A DNA stretch of 64,000 bases from the NCBI RefSeq assembly GCF_009914755.1, contig NC_060928.1. One strand, written 5' to 3'. A model generated the notes under the pieces. It made no database searches, had not been told where the DNA came from, and was given only the letters and a program-made list of their open reading frames with translations. Shown here piece after piece: positions 16,165-28,462 of the stretch (positions within the stretch are counted from its first letter, which is position 1; each line of letters opens with the position of its first letter). A program made the translations under genes and the position numbers. The DNA comes from the human T2T-CHM13v2.0 reference genome, Homo sapiens.

Positions 16165-16820
16165 ACTGTTCATTATCAGGTATATTTCAATCAGATAAGC
16201 AGACTTACTGTTAATAATATGAATAGAGTGTGCTTTTATAGGATTTTGAACGTGCTCAATTGTGAGGGCAAGTTAAGCAGCCTATTTAAGGCTGTTGATT
16301 CTGCTTTTGGTGCTGGATTTTGTCATCAGGTCGAACAGCAGGAAAAAAATTGGATGTGAAATATGGAGAGCAAGGACAAACTAGCAGCTCTGATGATGTG
16401 GTGGAACCTCTGGGACAAATTAAAATCATTGTCTGTTTCTCAACGCCTCCAGCCACCAAATTCACATGAGGAAAACGTTAGCAACTTTCCCATGAAACCA
16501 CACAGGTATGAGGCACAGGAATTAGAGAAAATGAAGGAGGAAAATTTGTATATACTACATACACAAGCTTCAGGCACAGCTGTTGGCCCACACCAACAAA
16601 GTGACCCAGCAGACCAGAGACAACGTGCATGAATTGCAGCAGCACTTTATCCAACTTTAACTAACTAAGCCTACGGGTGGCTGCTGCTTCACTTCTGCCT
16701 TCCAAATATTGCAGAGAATTCTCCTGTGGAAAATCCTAACCTGGAATCACATAGGGAACAGACTTCTAGGGAACATAGTTTCACTTTAGCCTTGTTAACA
16801 TAGTACACATTCATTACATT
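16165..16820 (-). mobile_element. Ancient ERVL-type solo LTR (LTR40/41-like; family uncertain)
   Basis: CTTCACTTCTGCCTTCCAAAT...CCTAACCTGGAATCACATAGGGAACAGACTTCTAGGGAACATAGTT resembles termini of old ERVL LTRs; boundaries approximate. Confidence 0.45.
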
Positions 16821-18319
16821 ATTCATATATATGTACATATTTCTGGTTCTCATAATCTATTGAGTTAAAAAAAACCACGTCCATTTTAATCTTAAGAGCT
16901 ACGCAATATATAAAGATAACAGAACAGGCTGAATAAAAATAGGGAGGCTATAATTTATTATATTTTCTTAATTGCCTTAGGAAATACAGTATACATAGGA
17001 TGGCTTCATCATTATAATTAGTATTAGCAAGAGTAAAATCTGCATGAGTCATCAATTACTACTGCATTGAATGTTAAATAAGATTGTTAAAAAATTATAG
17101 TGTATACTGCTTTCTATATAATGATGATGAAACTCATTGTTTTCAGTAAGGACATATAATAAATCATTCTCAATTATATAACATTTCAAAGTTTAACTGC
17201 TGAGTTTCATGTGTTAGATTAATATGCCTTAGGTCCTTATATTTTATATTAATTTAACTCAGAGTTATTATGTACTTGTTCAAGGTCAACCATTTGGTAT
17301 ATGGCTGTAAAGAAACTTAAATTCAGATTTATATATCTTTTGACTCTAACTACAGTGTTCTTTCAGCTGTAACACCCACACAAACATAAACTCTCTTATG
17401 TTTAAATACGTATCTATATGCCTTGTGATTCAAGGTTACAAATTAAGTCTATACATTGATCTACTTTATGCAAAGATACTAATAAGATGATAATGAAAGG
17501 TTTTTAAAGGTATAAACCCATGACAATGAAGATCATGGGAAACAGATAATCATAAAATGAAATATTTCAAATATTTTCTGGAAGGTGAATATAAATGGAA
17601 GTGACTAAAGAAGGAAATTAAATTTTCACAAATGAGAATGCGTGCAGAAAGGTTTTAACCAAAGAGGGAATTCCTCTCCTTGGAAGAATTCTAGACAAGT
17701 TCAAGGATGCAGGACAGGAGGGGATGCAAGCATAAGATGTAGGACTAAAAATTAGGGATTCAATTGCAACAGTATTTAAGAATCCCTTGTCTACATGCTG
17801 TATATCCAGACATGCAACCAACATTCAATATCAACTGTAGCAGAAAACAGTCTCCAAGCATTAATGTTGGACGAACACAAAAACAAAATTAGTTATTTTC
17901 AACATAAATTCAATATACTATTTTAGGAGAAACAGAGCAACTCATGTAAGTGAAGCTTTCTTAATTGTGTTCTTTAAAGAAACAGCAGCATAATGGCTTG
18001 TTAGCTGCTCAGTTGCCCTAGACCAATGTTGCAGGTAAGTAAGCTTTGCCTTGCATTGAGTGAATTACTGTTCTTCTCAATGATTCATTTTAGGTAGAAA
18101 TAGAAACAAAGAATCAATACATATCTGATATATCTTCTGAAAAAAGGAATTATAACGATAAACAAATTTTAAAAACCAAGAAAAAAAGAAAATCCTAAGA
18201 TGATCTGATAATTTAAATATCTTAAAATTTCACTTTGAAAAGATCAAGAAAAATGTATATCTATAAAAAAACAAATTAATATGAGAAATAAAAAAAAACA
18301 TTTAAAAAGACATTGAAAG

Positions 18320-20330
18320 TATGCAATATTTTCATGAAATATACATACAAAATGGGCTTAAATCAAGTCATACAGCTCTATGATTTTAACAAAGTGAATA
18401 TATCCTTGTAATGAGATAAAGATCAAAACACAGTATAATATCAACACCACAGATGCTTTTGTCATCATCATTTCCAGCCTCTTTCCCTCTTGTCAGCAAA
18501 TAAAATTACTATATTGGTTAGTTTTGCTTATTAAAAAAAAAAGTTACATGTATTTATACAGTAGGAACTCTTTTGTGATTGGCTTCTTTTGCTCAACACT
18601 TTGTTTTTGTGATTATACCCTGCTATGTTGCTCAGTGATAATTTTGCTCACTTTCACTCTCAGTAATAGGTGTATTTATTAATGCCACTTATGTCTGCAT
18701 TGTTTCCAGTTTGGGACTATTATGAATAGTGTTATTATAAACATCATTGAACTTGTCTTTCAGTGTACATGGGTCCACATTTCTGTTACATTTACACCTG
18801 GGAGGAGATGTGCTGCTTCAAACAGTATGCAGATGCTAAAGATTAGCAGATACTGCCAAATTATTTTCCAAAATGATTCTAATCATTTATACTCCCACCA
18901 TTAGTTGCTCCACACCCTTGTCAACACTTGGTGTCAGTCTTTTTCATTTTTGCAATATGAATGGGTGTACAGTAGTATTATACTGGGATTTAAATTTGCA
19001 CCTTCTTAGTGATTAACTAAATTTAGCATTAGTCGATATGTTTATTGGACATTTAAATGCTGTATATTGTAATGTATCTAGTCAAGATTTTTGCCACATT
19101 TCTTTGGAGTTTTCTCTTTTTTTAGTAATTCATAGGAGTCTTATCAGTAAGTATACAGGATGTGAGTTCTTTGTCAGATAGAAGTATTGTAAATATCTTC
19201 TCCCAATGTGTGGCTTGAATTTCTATTCTTTCAATAATGTTTTTGGAGGAACAGAAGCACTTGGTGTTTAATGTTGATAAATCTCATCTCCTATTTGTAT
19301 TTTTTTGTGTGCTTGTAAAGAAATCATTATGTAATCTAATGCCATTAAGATATTTTTCTTGGTTTTCTAATAAAAACTGTAAGAATTAAAGAAAGAGGAG
19401 AGAAACACGAAGATTGGCTTTACAGTTAACAGGGACAGGTTTATTTTAAACGAATCTGAGAGGGGTTGCTGGCCAAGTTAGATTAGAGCCACACTTTTTT
19501 ACAGACTACGAGTTTTTAAGGATTTAGGGTACGAGAGTTTATTAGAGGATTGGACTGCTTTTGTGTCTGTTTGTTGTGTTTATCTGAGAGGGAGAGTTGT
19601 GTGTTTGTTCCCATACATCTCTCTGCAGCTGCAGGCATATCCCCCGGAGTTTGCTTTTAGCTTCCCTACCTTACTGCACCTCAAGGGAAAGGAATGTTCT
19701 TATTAAGGCCCACTGTTTTACTGGGGCTCACTGTATGAGGGTGAAATTTGGCAGTAACCCAAGAGACTTTCCCCCTACTTTTCTCTGTGCCCAAGCTGTC
19801 TTATCTGTGTTTTACTGTCTGCTCTTTCTGTCTGGTTGTAGTTAGAAGAGAAGTGATTTCCTTGAAACGCATGAAGCTAGAAAGGGAGCTGGAACTCAAA
19901 GTGGCAGTGTTTGTCCAAGATGACGGTGCTCCTGCTCTGTCATTAAACATTATAGTTTACTTGTTACATTTTGATTTGCAATATTTCTGTAACTGTTTTT
20001 GCATGTGGTATTAAGTAGGTCAAGATTTTTTTTTCACATAAATAGCTAATATTTTCAGCAATAATTATCGGCAAAACTGTTATTCTTCCATCACACTTTA
20101 GTGTTACCTTTGTCATAAGTCAAGAGACAGATATGTATGAGGGTCTTTTTTTGACTCTCAGTTATGTTTTATTGGCCTTTTCTATGTTGGTACATACACT
20201 ATATTCATTACTGTATCTTTATACTAGGTTTTAATCTCTAACACTATGAATACACCGGATTTGCTATTCTACAAGATTGAATTGACTATTCAGATTTTAC
20301 AAATTTAAAATATAACTTCCATAATAATTT
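18320..20330 (-). mobile_element. Ancient L1ME-type 3' fragment, interrupted by an LTR
   Basis: GGCTTCTTTTGCTCAACA, GTTTCCAGTTTGGGACTATTATGAATAG, TACTGCCAAATTATTTTCCAAAATG, GTTGCTCCACACCCTTGTCAACACTTGG are L1M antisense motifs. Confidence 0.75.
19378..19942 (-). mobile_element. ERV solo LTR (LTR18B-like)
   Basis: TG...CA termini; minus strand starts TGACAGAGCAGGAGCACCGTCATCTTGGACAAACAC; AATAAA on the minus strand (TTTATT at 19440-19445). Subfamily from memory. Confidence 0.7.
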
Positions 20331-21726
20331 TTTAAATCAGTAGAAGTCTTGGAAGATAAAAGCAAAGGAATATGGTAGAATGGATAACTTAAAAATAAAA
20401 CCTAAAAAGTGAAAAGAAATATACCAAATAAGCTGGTACAAATTCCCTAAAATATAAATTCATGGAAAAATAAGAGATGGGAGAGGCAGTTGGCAATCAT
20501 AGAATAATTTTTTAGAACAATTAATGGTATTTTAATGGAAATTCTAGGGAGCTCTACTTCCAACTCAAATTCTATTCCCATCTTTAGTACTTTGAATTAA
20601 GACCAGTGGAACCACTACTCATCTTGCTATTCTAAGTATCTGAGATTGAAAACATTTTTTAAAGCTAAAGTAATAGCTCATTCTCCCATGGATTAAGTGA
20701 GGACATATATGGCAAAAAGTATTTGATTTAGGATAAAGATATATCTTTATTCAAAGACTTAAGTATCTCAACACTTTAAAAATCAGGGTTTTAAAGTTTT
20801 GTAGTATTTTAACACATGAGATTTCACTTCACTTAAAAACTGTGTTTCTTACCATGTACTAAATTGCTCTCCTGAAATATAGACATAATATGAAGAAACA
20901 AGTTGCTAAAGTGTGTATTCAAAATGCGCAGAAAATTAAATGCATTTTACGAGTGAATAGTTTGCCAAAATTCTTAATATACAATTTTATATAATTTAAA
21001 GTAAGTCAGCTTCAGTGTAGGAAGCAAGTAAAGGTAATATTTTTGAAATCTTTATTGTTTTGTGGTTTGTATGTTTATTATATTTCTCTTAATAATAAGC
21101 CTCATGTGACATAGAGAATGCTTCAATAAAATCTGTTTGAAAGTTCAAATTAACTTCCACATACTTATGTTAACAAATTAATGAATCTGTGAAAACTTTT
21201 AAGGTTCATTGCAGTGCCTCTTGATGCCATGGGGCTTCACATTTGAATTACGCCCTTGTCAAGGAGTCTGGACTATTTGATTTGGGGTGTGATTACAATG
21301 TAGTTCTTAAATTAATGTGTACTAGTTTCATGGCATAACTCTCTCTTCCAATGTTAGATAATACTTCAAACTCATTAAGATATAATGATATATAAGAAAC
21401 TATTATTAGTCCTAATATTAATTCTCTGTTCTCAAGTAATTGAACCTAATAGCAGTGGCACAGGAAGAATTACTGATTTAATTTAGGCTATTTCTTAGTG
21501 AACATTTTATGCTAAGTACAATATAAACTACCTTGAATTGACCTAAGATGAATACAAATAATATTATATTAAAATAAGGAATCACTTATTTGGAAAATGT
21601 TGGTATTATAATTGTTCAAATTATACGGGTGGTGCTAATGTGCTTTTTCACAATTACTACCACTACACTCTATATTCAGACTGCTTTAAGTATGAAATCT
21701 TTGAGGTCAGCATTTGTACTTGATCT

Positions 21727-22158
21727 TGTTGCAGAACTTTCTCCTTAGTTCAGCTAAAACTGGGTTCTTGTCACATGACCAAAAAAGACTAGGTTCATGG
21801 ACACATAGAAGGGTGGGGAACAAAATTTATTGAGTGAAAAGAAAAAAGGAAAAAAAAAACTCAGCAAAGTGAGATGGAGTCCTGCTAACAGGCCCTCCAT
21901 CTCACAGATTGAATCCCAGGTCACCACACAGGAACTGAAGAGGCCAGGCTCCTCCTGGCTGCAAATGGCATGAACTGCCTGAGGCTCCACCCTATTCTCC
22001 CAGGGTGCAGGTGGGCATTAGTCAGAGAGAATCAGTCGGGAAAGGGGAAAGGGTGGGCTTCATCCAGGAGCAGCAGTTTGATTTTTCAGCCTTCATGCTG
22101 TTTTAGGCTAGAAGGCAGGGTTTTGCCATGGACCCTTGGCTGTCTCCTGTCTGTATCA
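21727..22158 (-). mobile_element. ERV1 solo LTR (MER61/MER48-like)
   Basis: TG...CA termini; minus strand starts TGATACAGACAGGAGACAGCCAAGGGTCC and ends TAGCTGAACTAAGGAGAAAGTTCTGCAACA. Confidence 0.75.
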
Positions 22159-22349
22159 GTCCTACTTGCTCTAGACTGCAGATGTTATGAAGGAGTATGG
22201 AGAAGAGAAGTCTAAAAAGGAGAAATTCTAACAGATTTATCCAAATTTTAAAAGATCCTTATGTTTTGGATAAAATATAACTATACTGTGCATTTGATAT
22301 TGGTTAAGAGAGCAAGGAGTCAGAGGAGGTATAGATGAAAAGAAAACAG

Positions 22350-22522
22350 TATTATTTGTTGAGAACTTATTATACATGTAATTATGCCAAAGTTATATAG
22401 ATTGCCTATCTCATTTAATGGTCATGAAAACCCTGGAAGATAGATATTATTACTCCTGCTATAATTAGAGAAACTGACAGCCACAGTGTTAAGTAACTTG
22501 TTCAAGGGTACACAGATAGCAA
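22350..22522 (-). mobile_element. MIR, continues at ~23099-23135 after an MLT1 insertion
   Basis: TCTCATTTAATGGTCATGAAAACCCTGGAAGATAGATATTATT...GAAACTGA...GTTAAGTAACTTGTTCAAGGGTACACAG; resumes TAGGATTCAAACCCA. Confidence 0.75.
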
Positions 22523-22528
22523 TTGGGC

Positions 22529-23098
22529 TGTATGTGCAAACATATGTTGTTTTTTGCCAGTCTTGCATCTTTTCCTTCTATTTTTTTAGTAACTATTAAC
22601 TAGTTTTCTTCTAGTGACCATGGCATGCTGGCTTCAATTCAGAGAATTCAGAGGATCTCAGTGAACTTCAGGGAGACCTGACACCTATCCCTGATGGTTT
22701 TGGAGGTATATATATGAATTGGGTTTGGCCAATTTCAAACCCTGGCCAAAGTAATTGGTTCAGAAATAGGGCCATGACCTAAGACAAAAGAATTCATCTT
22801 TAATTTGATATATCAAAAAATATGTTCTTTCTAACTCTAGTGAACTTGAAAATTAACTGGGACCTGTTAGCTCTTATCTAATGTAGCTTGCCAGAGAATT
22901 GCACCCAATGGATGAAAAGTAAGTTATCATAAGGAGAGAAACAGTATTTAAATATAGCACTTGATTTCCTAGGTTGATGTGTCTAAAGTTTGACCACTAA
23001 TAAAGATCCCTGTCATTTTATTTTTTATATTTTTGCTTAAGCCAATTTGGGTTAGATTTTCTGTAAATGACAAGCAAAACAGTCCTTATTAGTTGACA
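22529..23098 (+). mobile_element. MLT1 (J/K-like) MaLR LTR
   Basis: CCCTGGCCAAAGTAATTGGTTCAG and terminal TTTTGCTTAAGCCAATTTGGGTTAGATTTTCTGT...AGTCCT. Confidence 0.6.
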
Positions 23099-23430
23099 AA
23101 GTTAGGATTCAAACCCAACTCTGTGTACTCTTTGTGTGTACTTGCTACAATTGTCCATGTTAAGTAACTTTAATTCCCACACACTAAGTAGATCTAATTA
23201 TTATAAGTTGAATTAAAAGCAGGTGAACATTTTCAGTAAAAAAGTTATAATGTTCTAATTCAGTAAATATCACAAAAAAAGTTTAGAGAGACATTTCACA
23301 ATAAATAGAAAGCATAGTTTGTATTTTAGAGCTTTGAGCTTACCGTCTACTTAAAAGGATATAAAATTTCTTAGGTTCATGGATCAGTGTTAAGAGATCT
23401 CTAGCTCTCCTGAAATTATATGCCAAAAAT

Positions 23431-23432
<2 letters not shown>

Positions 23433-23464
<32 letters not shown>
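23433..23464. repeat. (TG)n microsatellite
   Basis: About 16 TG units. Confidence 0.95.
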
Positions 23465-23465
<1 letters not shown>

Positions 23466-24409
23466 ATTTCCCTGGGCTGAAATTAGTAGCTATTGTTTAA
23501 ACAATTCTTAATAGTGTCCATGCTCCTCAACAAATTTAAAGACTATTAAATCAAAGCCTAGCTCATAATGGTGATAATCAAGGAAGAGCTACTGATTACC
23601 TGAACTGCTGATGTTTGCCTAGTTCCAGAGAAAGAATGGAATAGCTTTTGTACCTACTACTGCTTACTGAGACATTACTGAAATCCACATTAGCAAAAGT
23701 CCAAAAAAAGAAAACAAAAAGTTACCAAAATATTTTAATAGATAGCAATAATTTTAAAAACTATATCTAGATATTATACATGGGAATAAAAACTTTTATT
23801 GTATAAAATATATGTTTATCCATGTTATTCATGGGGCTGACGATACAGACACCTTCCTCTCTTGAGCTGCCAAAGCCTCAGCCATGTGCAGTTATATAGA
23901 ACCAACATCAGACTCTAACTCTGCCAGGTTTTCAGCCATGGTCTTTGTTCCCTGGCCTCACTGGGGCACATTAGTGTAAATTCTGCAGCTTGCCAATAGC
24001 GCATGCTTAGTCAGAAATGGGGAAATAATTTTCATTTTTATTCCTGAGTCTTAACCATTTAATCCCATCATCTTTCATTACATTTTCTGTAGAAAACAAA
24101 ATCATCTCTACCTCTCTCCCAGCCTCTCATTCTTCCATCTCCATTATTACTACTATTGAAAGATGTATCAGAATCTTTTTCCTGGAGAAACTGAGCACAA
24201 AATTTTGCATTATTAACTAGTTTTATTTGGCATAATTTATTGGTCTAGCTTCCTGATTCATTTAATTAAAGACCACAATAGGCACATTGAAATCCTAGCA
24301 ATGAACATACATTGAATAAATATTTATGAGGTGAAAGGGTTATAATAATAGAATGCCATAAAAGTGTTTCATTTTCATTCATCTATATATTACTTCATTT
24401 AGTTTTTAC

Positions 24410-24715
24410 AAATATTTATGTATTCATTCATTCAAGAAAATTTATATTGACTGCTTACTATGTGTTAAGCAGTGCTCTAGGCATGACACATAAAACATTA
24501 AAGTTAAACAGACTTCTAGCCATCATGCTGTTTATATTCTAAGAAACACAAAAGGAAATTAGACATGTAAAACACATACGATGCAAATTCTGGTAATAAA
24601 CAGGGAAAATAAACCTAGAATGAAAAACTTGTGGATGAAATTCCAACTAAACAGAAAGGCTAAAGCCAAAGATCTGAGGCAGGAACAATCTCAGCCTATT
24701 CAGGAATTATCTACT
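24410..24715 (-). mobile_element. L2 3' end
   Basis: ATTCATTCATTCAAGAAAATTTATATTGACTGCTTACTATGTGTTAAGCAGTGCTCTAGG. Confidence 0.7.
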
Positions 24716-27453
24716 ATTCTAGTAGTCATGCATATTTTTCACAAAGAAAGAAAGTGAGACTCATATAAATTGTATGACCTTGCTCAAGACCACACATTTT
24801 GTTGGTAAGACTCCTAGAACCAGAGCTAAGATTGGTAACTGGTAACTCATAGCTCATGCAATGAAGATGGTTCTTTCTAATAAAAAGGTTACCCAGTGAG
24901 GTTCTGTGAAGGAAAATGTGGCATTGACATAGTGGATAAATACAGATTAGGGATACACACTGTCTCTCAAATATCCCCTTAAGACAAAAGGCTTAATTTT
25001 ATGCATTTTTGTATTCATATGCATTAGTGTTATGTCTACTAAAAAACAATTAATATAAATCAAGATTGCATTTAATTCTGAGATTTGGAGTTTGGCATCC
25101 TGTGTTCAAAGATATATCACTTAATAACAAAATACTCTTGGTTAAATCACATTGTTATCCTGAATATTTCCTTACTTTAAAAAATACAAAAACTTATACT
25201 TGCAATAAATAATAGTGTGCATATGAAAAGTTTTTATTAGATATCATATTCAGGGTATATATCATAGCTACTAAACTATTATATTTTCACAGATGACGTT
25301 TGCTGAGAGCATAGGAAAAACACCCATATTGTCAATGCTAAAGTATAATCCCAACTCGGCATGGTGAATATAGTCCCTAAGTAGCCAATATTTTAAAACA
25401 CTTGGGGATAATGCAGGCTGTGCCTTTGAGAATCTTAAGGAATTCTCCTGTTAAATATATGTGGTAACATCAGGGTAAAGAATAACAGAAAAGACAATAA
25501 AAACCAAAAGCAGAAAATCTAGAAAATTCACAAGTTCCTACATACATACAACATACCAAGACTGAACAAGAAGAAATCCAAAACCTGGACAGACCAATAA
25601 CATGTAATGTGCTTGAAGTCATAATAAAAAAAAGTCTTCCAGTAAAGACAAGCCCAGGACCTGATGACTTCAGTGTTGAATTCTATCAAACATTTAAGGA
25701 AGAACTAATACCAATCTACTCAAACTCTTCTGAAAAATAGAGGAGGACATACTTCTAAACTCATTTTATGAAGCCAGTATCTAATACCAAAACCAAAAAC
25801 ACATTTAAAAAGAAAACTACGGGCCATATCTATGATGAATATTGTTGCAAAAATCGTCAACAAAATACTAGCAAACCGAATTCAACAATACATTAGAAAG
25901 ATCATTCACCATGACCCTGGGAGATTTATCCCTGGGATACAAGGATGATTCAACATATGCAAATCAATGAATGTGATACATCATATCAACAGAATGAAGG
26001 ACAAAAATCATATGATCATTTCAATTGCTGCTGAAAAAGCATTCGATAAAATTTAATGTCCCTTCATGATAAGAAAGACATTCAAAAAACTGGGTATAGA
26101 AGAAACACAACTCAAGATAATAAAAGCCATATGTGACAGACCCACAACTAGCATCATACTGAATAGAGAAAAACTCAAATTCTTTCCTCTAAGATCTGGA
26201 ACAGGACAAGGATGCCCACTTTCACTGCTGCTATTCAACACAATACTGGGAGTCACAGCATTCAGATCAGAGAAGGAAATAAAGGGCAATCAAACTGGAA
26301 TGGAAGAAGTCAAATTATCCTTGTTTGCAGCTGATATAATCTTATATTTAGAAAAGCCCAAAGACTCCACAAAAAAACTGTTAGAGCTGATAAACAAATT
26401 CAGTAAAGTTGCAGGATACAAAATCAACATACAAAAGTCAGTAGCAATTCTATATGCCCATAGTAAACAATATGAAAAAGACATTTAAAGGGCAATCCTA
26501 TTTAGAATAGCCACACATAAAATTAAATACCTAGGAATTCACTTAGCCAAAAAAGAGAAAGAGCTCTACAGTGAAAACTATAAAATACTGATGAAATAAA
26601 TTGAAGAGGACACACAAAAAAATGGAAAGATATTTCATATTGATAGATTGGAAAAACCAATATTGTTAAAATGTCCATACTACCCATAGCAGTCTACAGA
26701 TTCAAAGCAATCCCTATTAATATACCAATGACATTCTTCACAGAAATACAAAGAAACAGTCCTTAAACTTACATGCAACTACAAAAACCCAGAACAGCCA
26801 AAGTCATGCTAAGCAAAAGGAACAAAACTGGAGAAATCACAATACCTGACTTTAAATTATTAAACAGAACTATTGTAACAAAAACAGTATGGTACTGGCA
26901 TAAAAACAGACACATTAACTAATGGAACAGAATAGAGAACACAGAAACAAATAAACACACCTACAGTGAAATCATTTTTGACAAAGGTGCCAAGAACATA
27001 TACTGTGGAGAAGACAGTCTCTTCAATAAATGGTGCTAGGAAAACTGGATATCCATATGCTGAAGAATAAATCTAGACCCCTAACTCTCTCTATATATAA
27101 AAATCAAATCAAAATGGATTAAAGACTTAAATCTAGGACCTCAAGCTATGAAACTACTACAAGAAAATATTAGAGAAAATCTCTAGGACATTGGTTGGGG
27201 CAAAACTTCCTTGAGCAATACCCCACAAGCATAGGCAACCAAAACAAAATGGACAAATGGGATTACATCAAGTTAAAAAGCTTCTGCACAACAAAGGATA
27301 TGATCACAAAGTGAAGATACAACAACACAGAATGGGAAAAAAATATTTGCATACTATTCCTCTGACAAAGGATTAATATCCAGGATATATATGGAGTTCA
27401 GACAACTGTATAGGAAAAAAAAATCTAATAATCTAATTAAAAATGGGAAAACT

Positions 27454-27867
<414 letters not shown>

Positions 27868-28462
27868 TCATCTCACCCCAGCTAAAATGACTTTTATCTA
27901 AAATACAGGCAATAACAATTGCTAGCAAGGATGTGGAGAAAAAACCCTTGTACACTGTTAGTGGGATTGTAAATTAGTACAACCAGTATGAAGCACAGTT
28001 TGGAGGTTTCTCAAAAAAAACAACCATAGAGATAGCGTATGAGCCAGCAAAATCATTATATTTAAGAGATATCCATACACTCATGTTTGTTGGAGCACTG
28101 TTAATAGACAAGATTTGGAAGCAACCTAAGGGTCCCTCAACAGATGAATGGATAAAGAAAATATGGTACATATACACAACATAGTACTATTTAGCCATAA
28201 AAACAGAATGAGATTCTGTCATTTGCAACAACATGGTTGGAACTAGAGATCATTATGCTAAGTGAAATAAGCCAGGCACAGAAAGGCAAACACTGTGTGT
28301 TCTCAATTATTCCTGGTACCTGACAATCAGAACATTTGAATTCCTGGACATAGAGCGTAGAATGATGGTTACCAAAGGCTGGGAAGGGTAGTTGCAGGGC
28401 TGGGGCAAAGGAGGTGCAGACAGTTAATGGGTGCAAAAATAATAGAAACATTGAATAATACC

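Noticed and set aside
17450-18310. Possible HAL1 or ancient L1 5'/ORF1 relic (continuing ~20335-20520)
   Set aside because: Purine-rich resemblance only; too degenerate to call without an HMM search.
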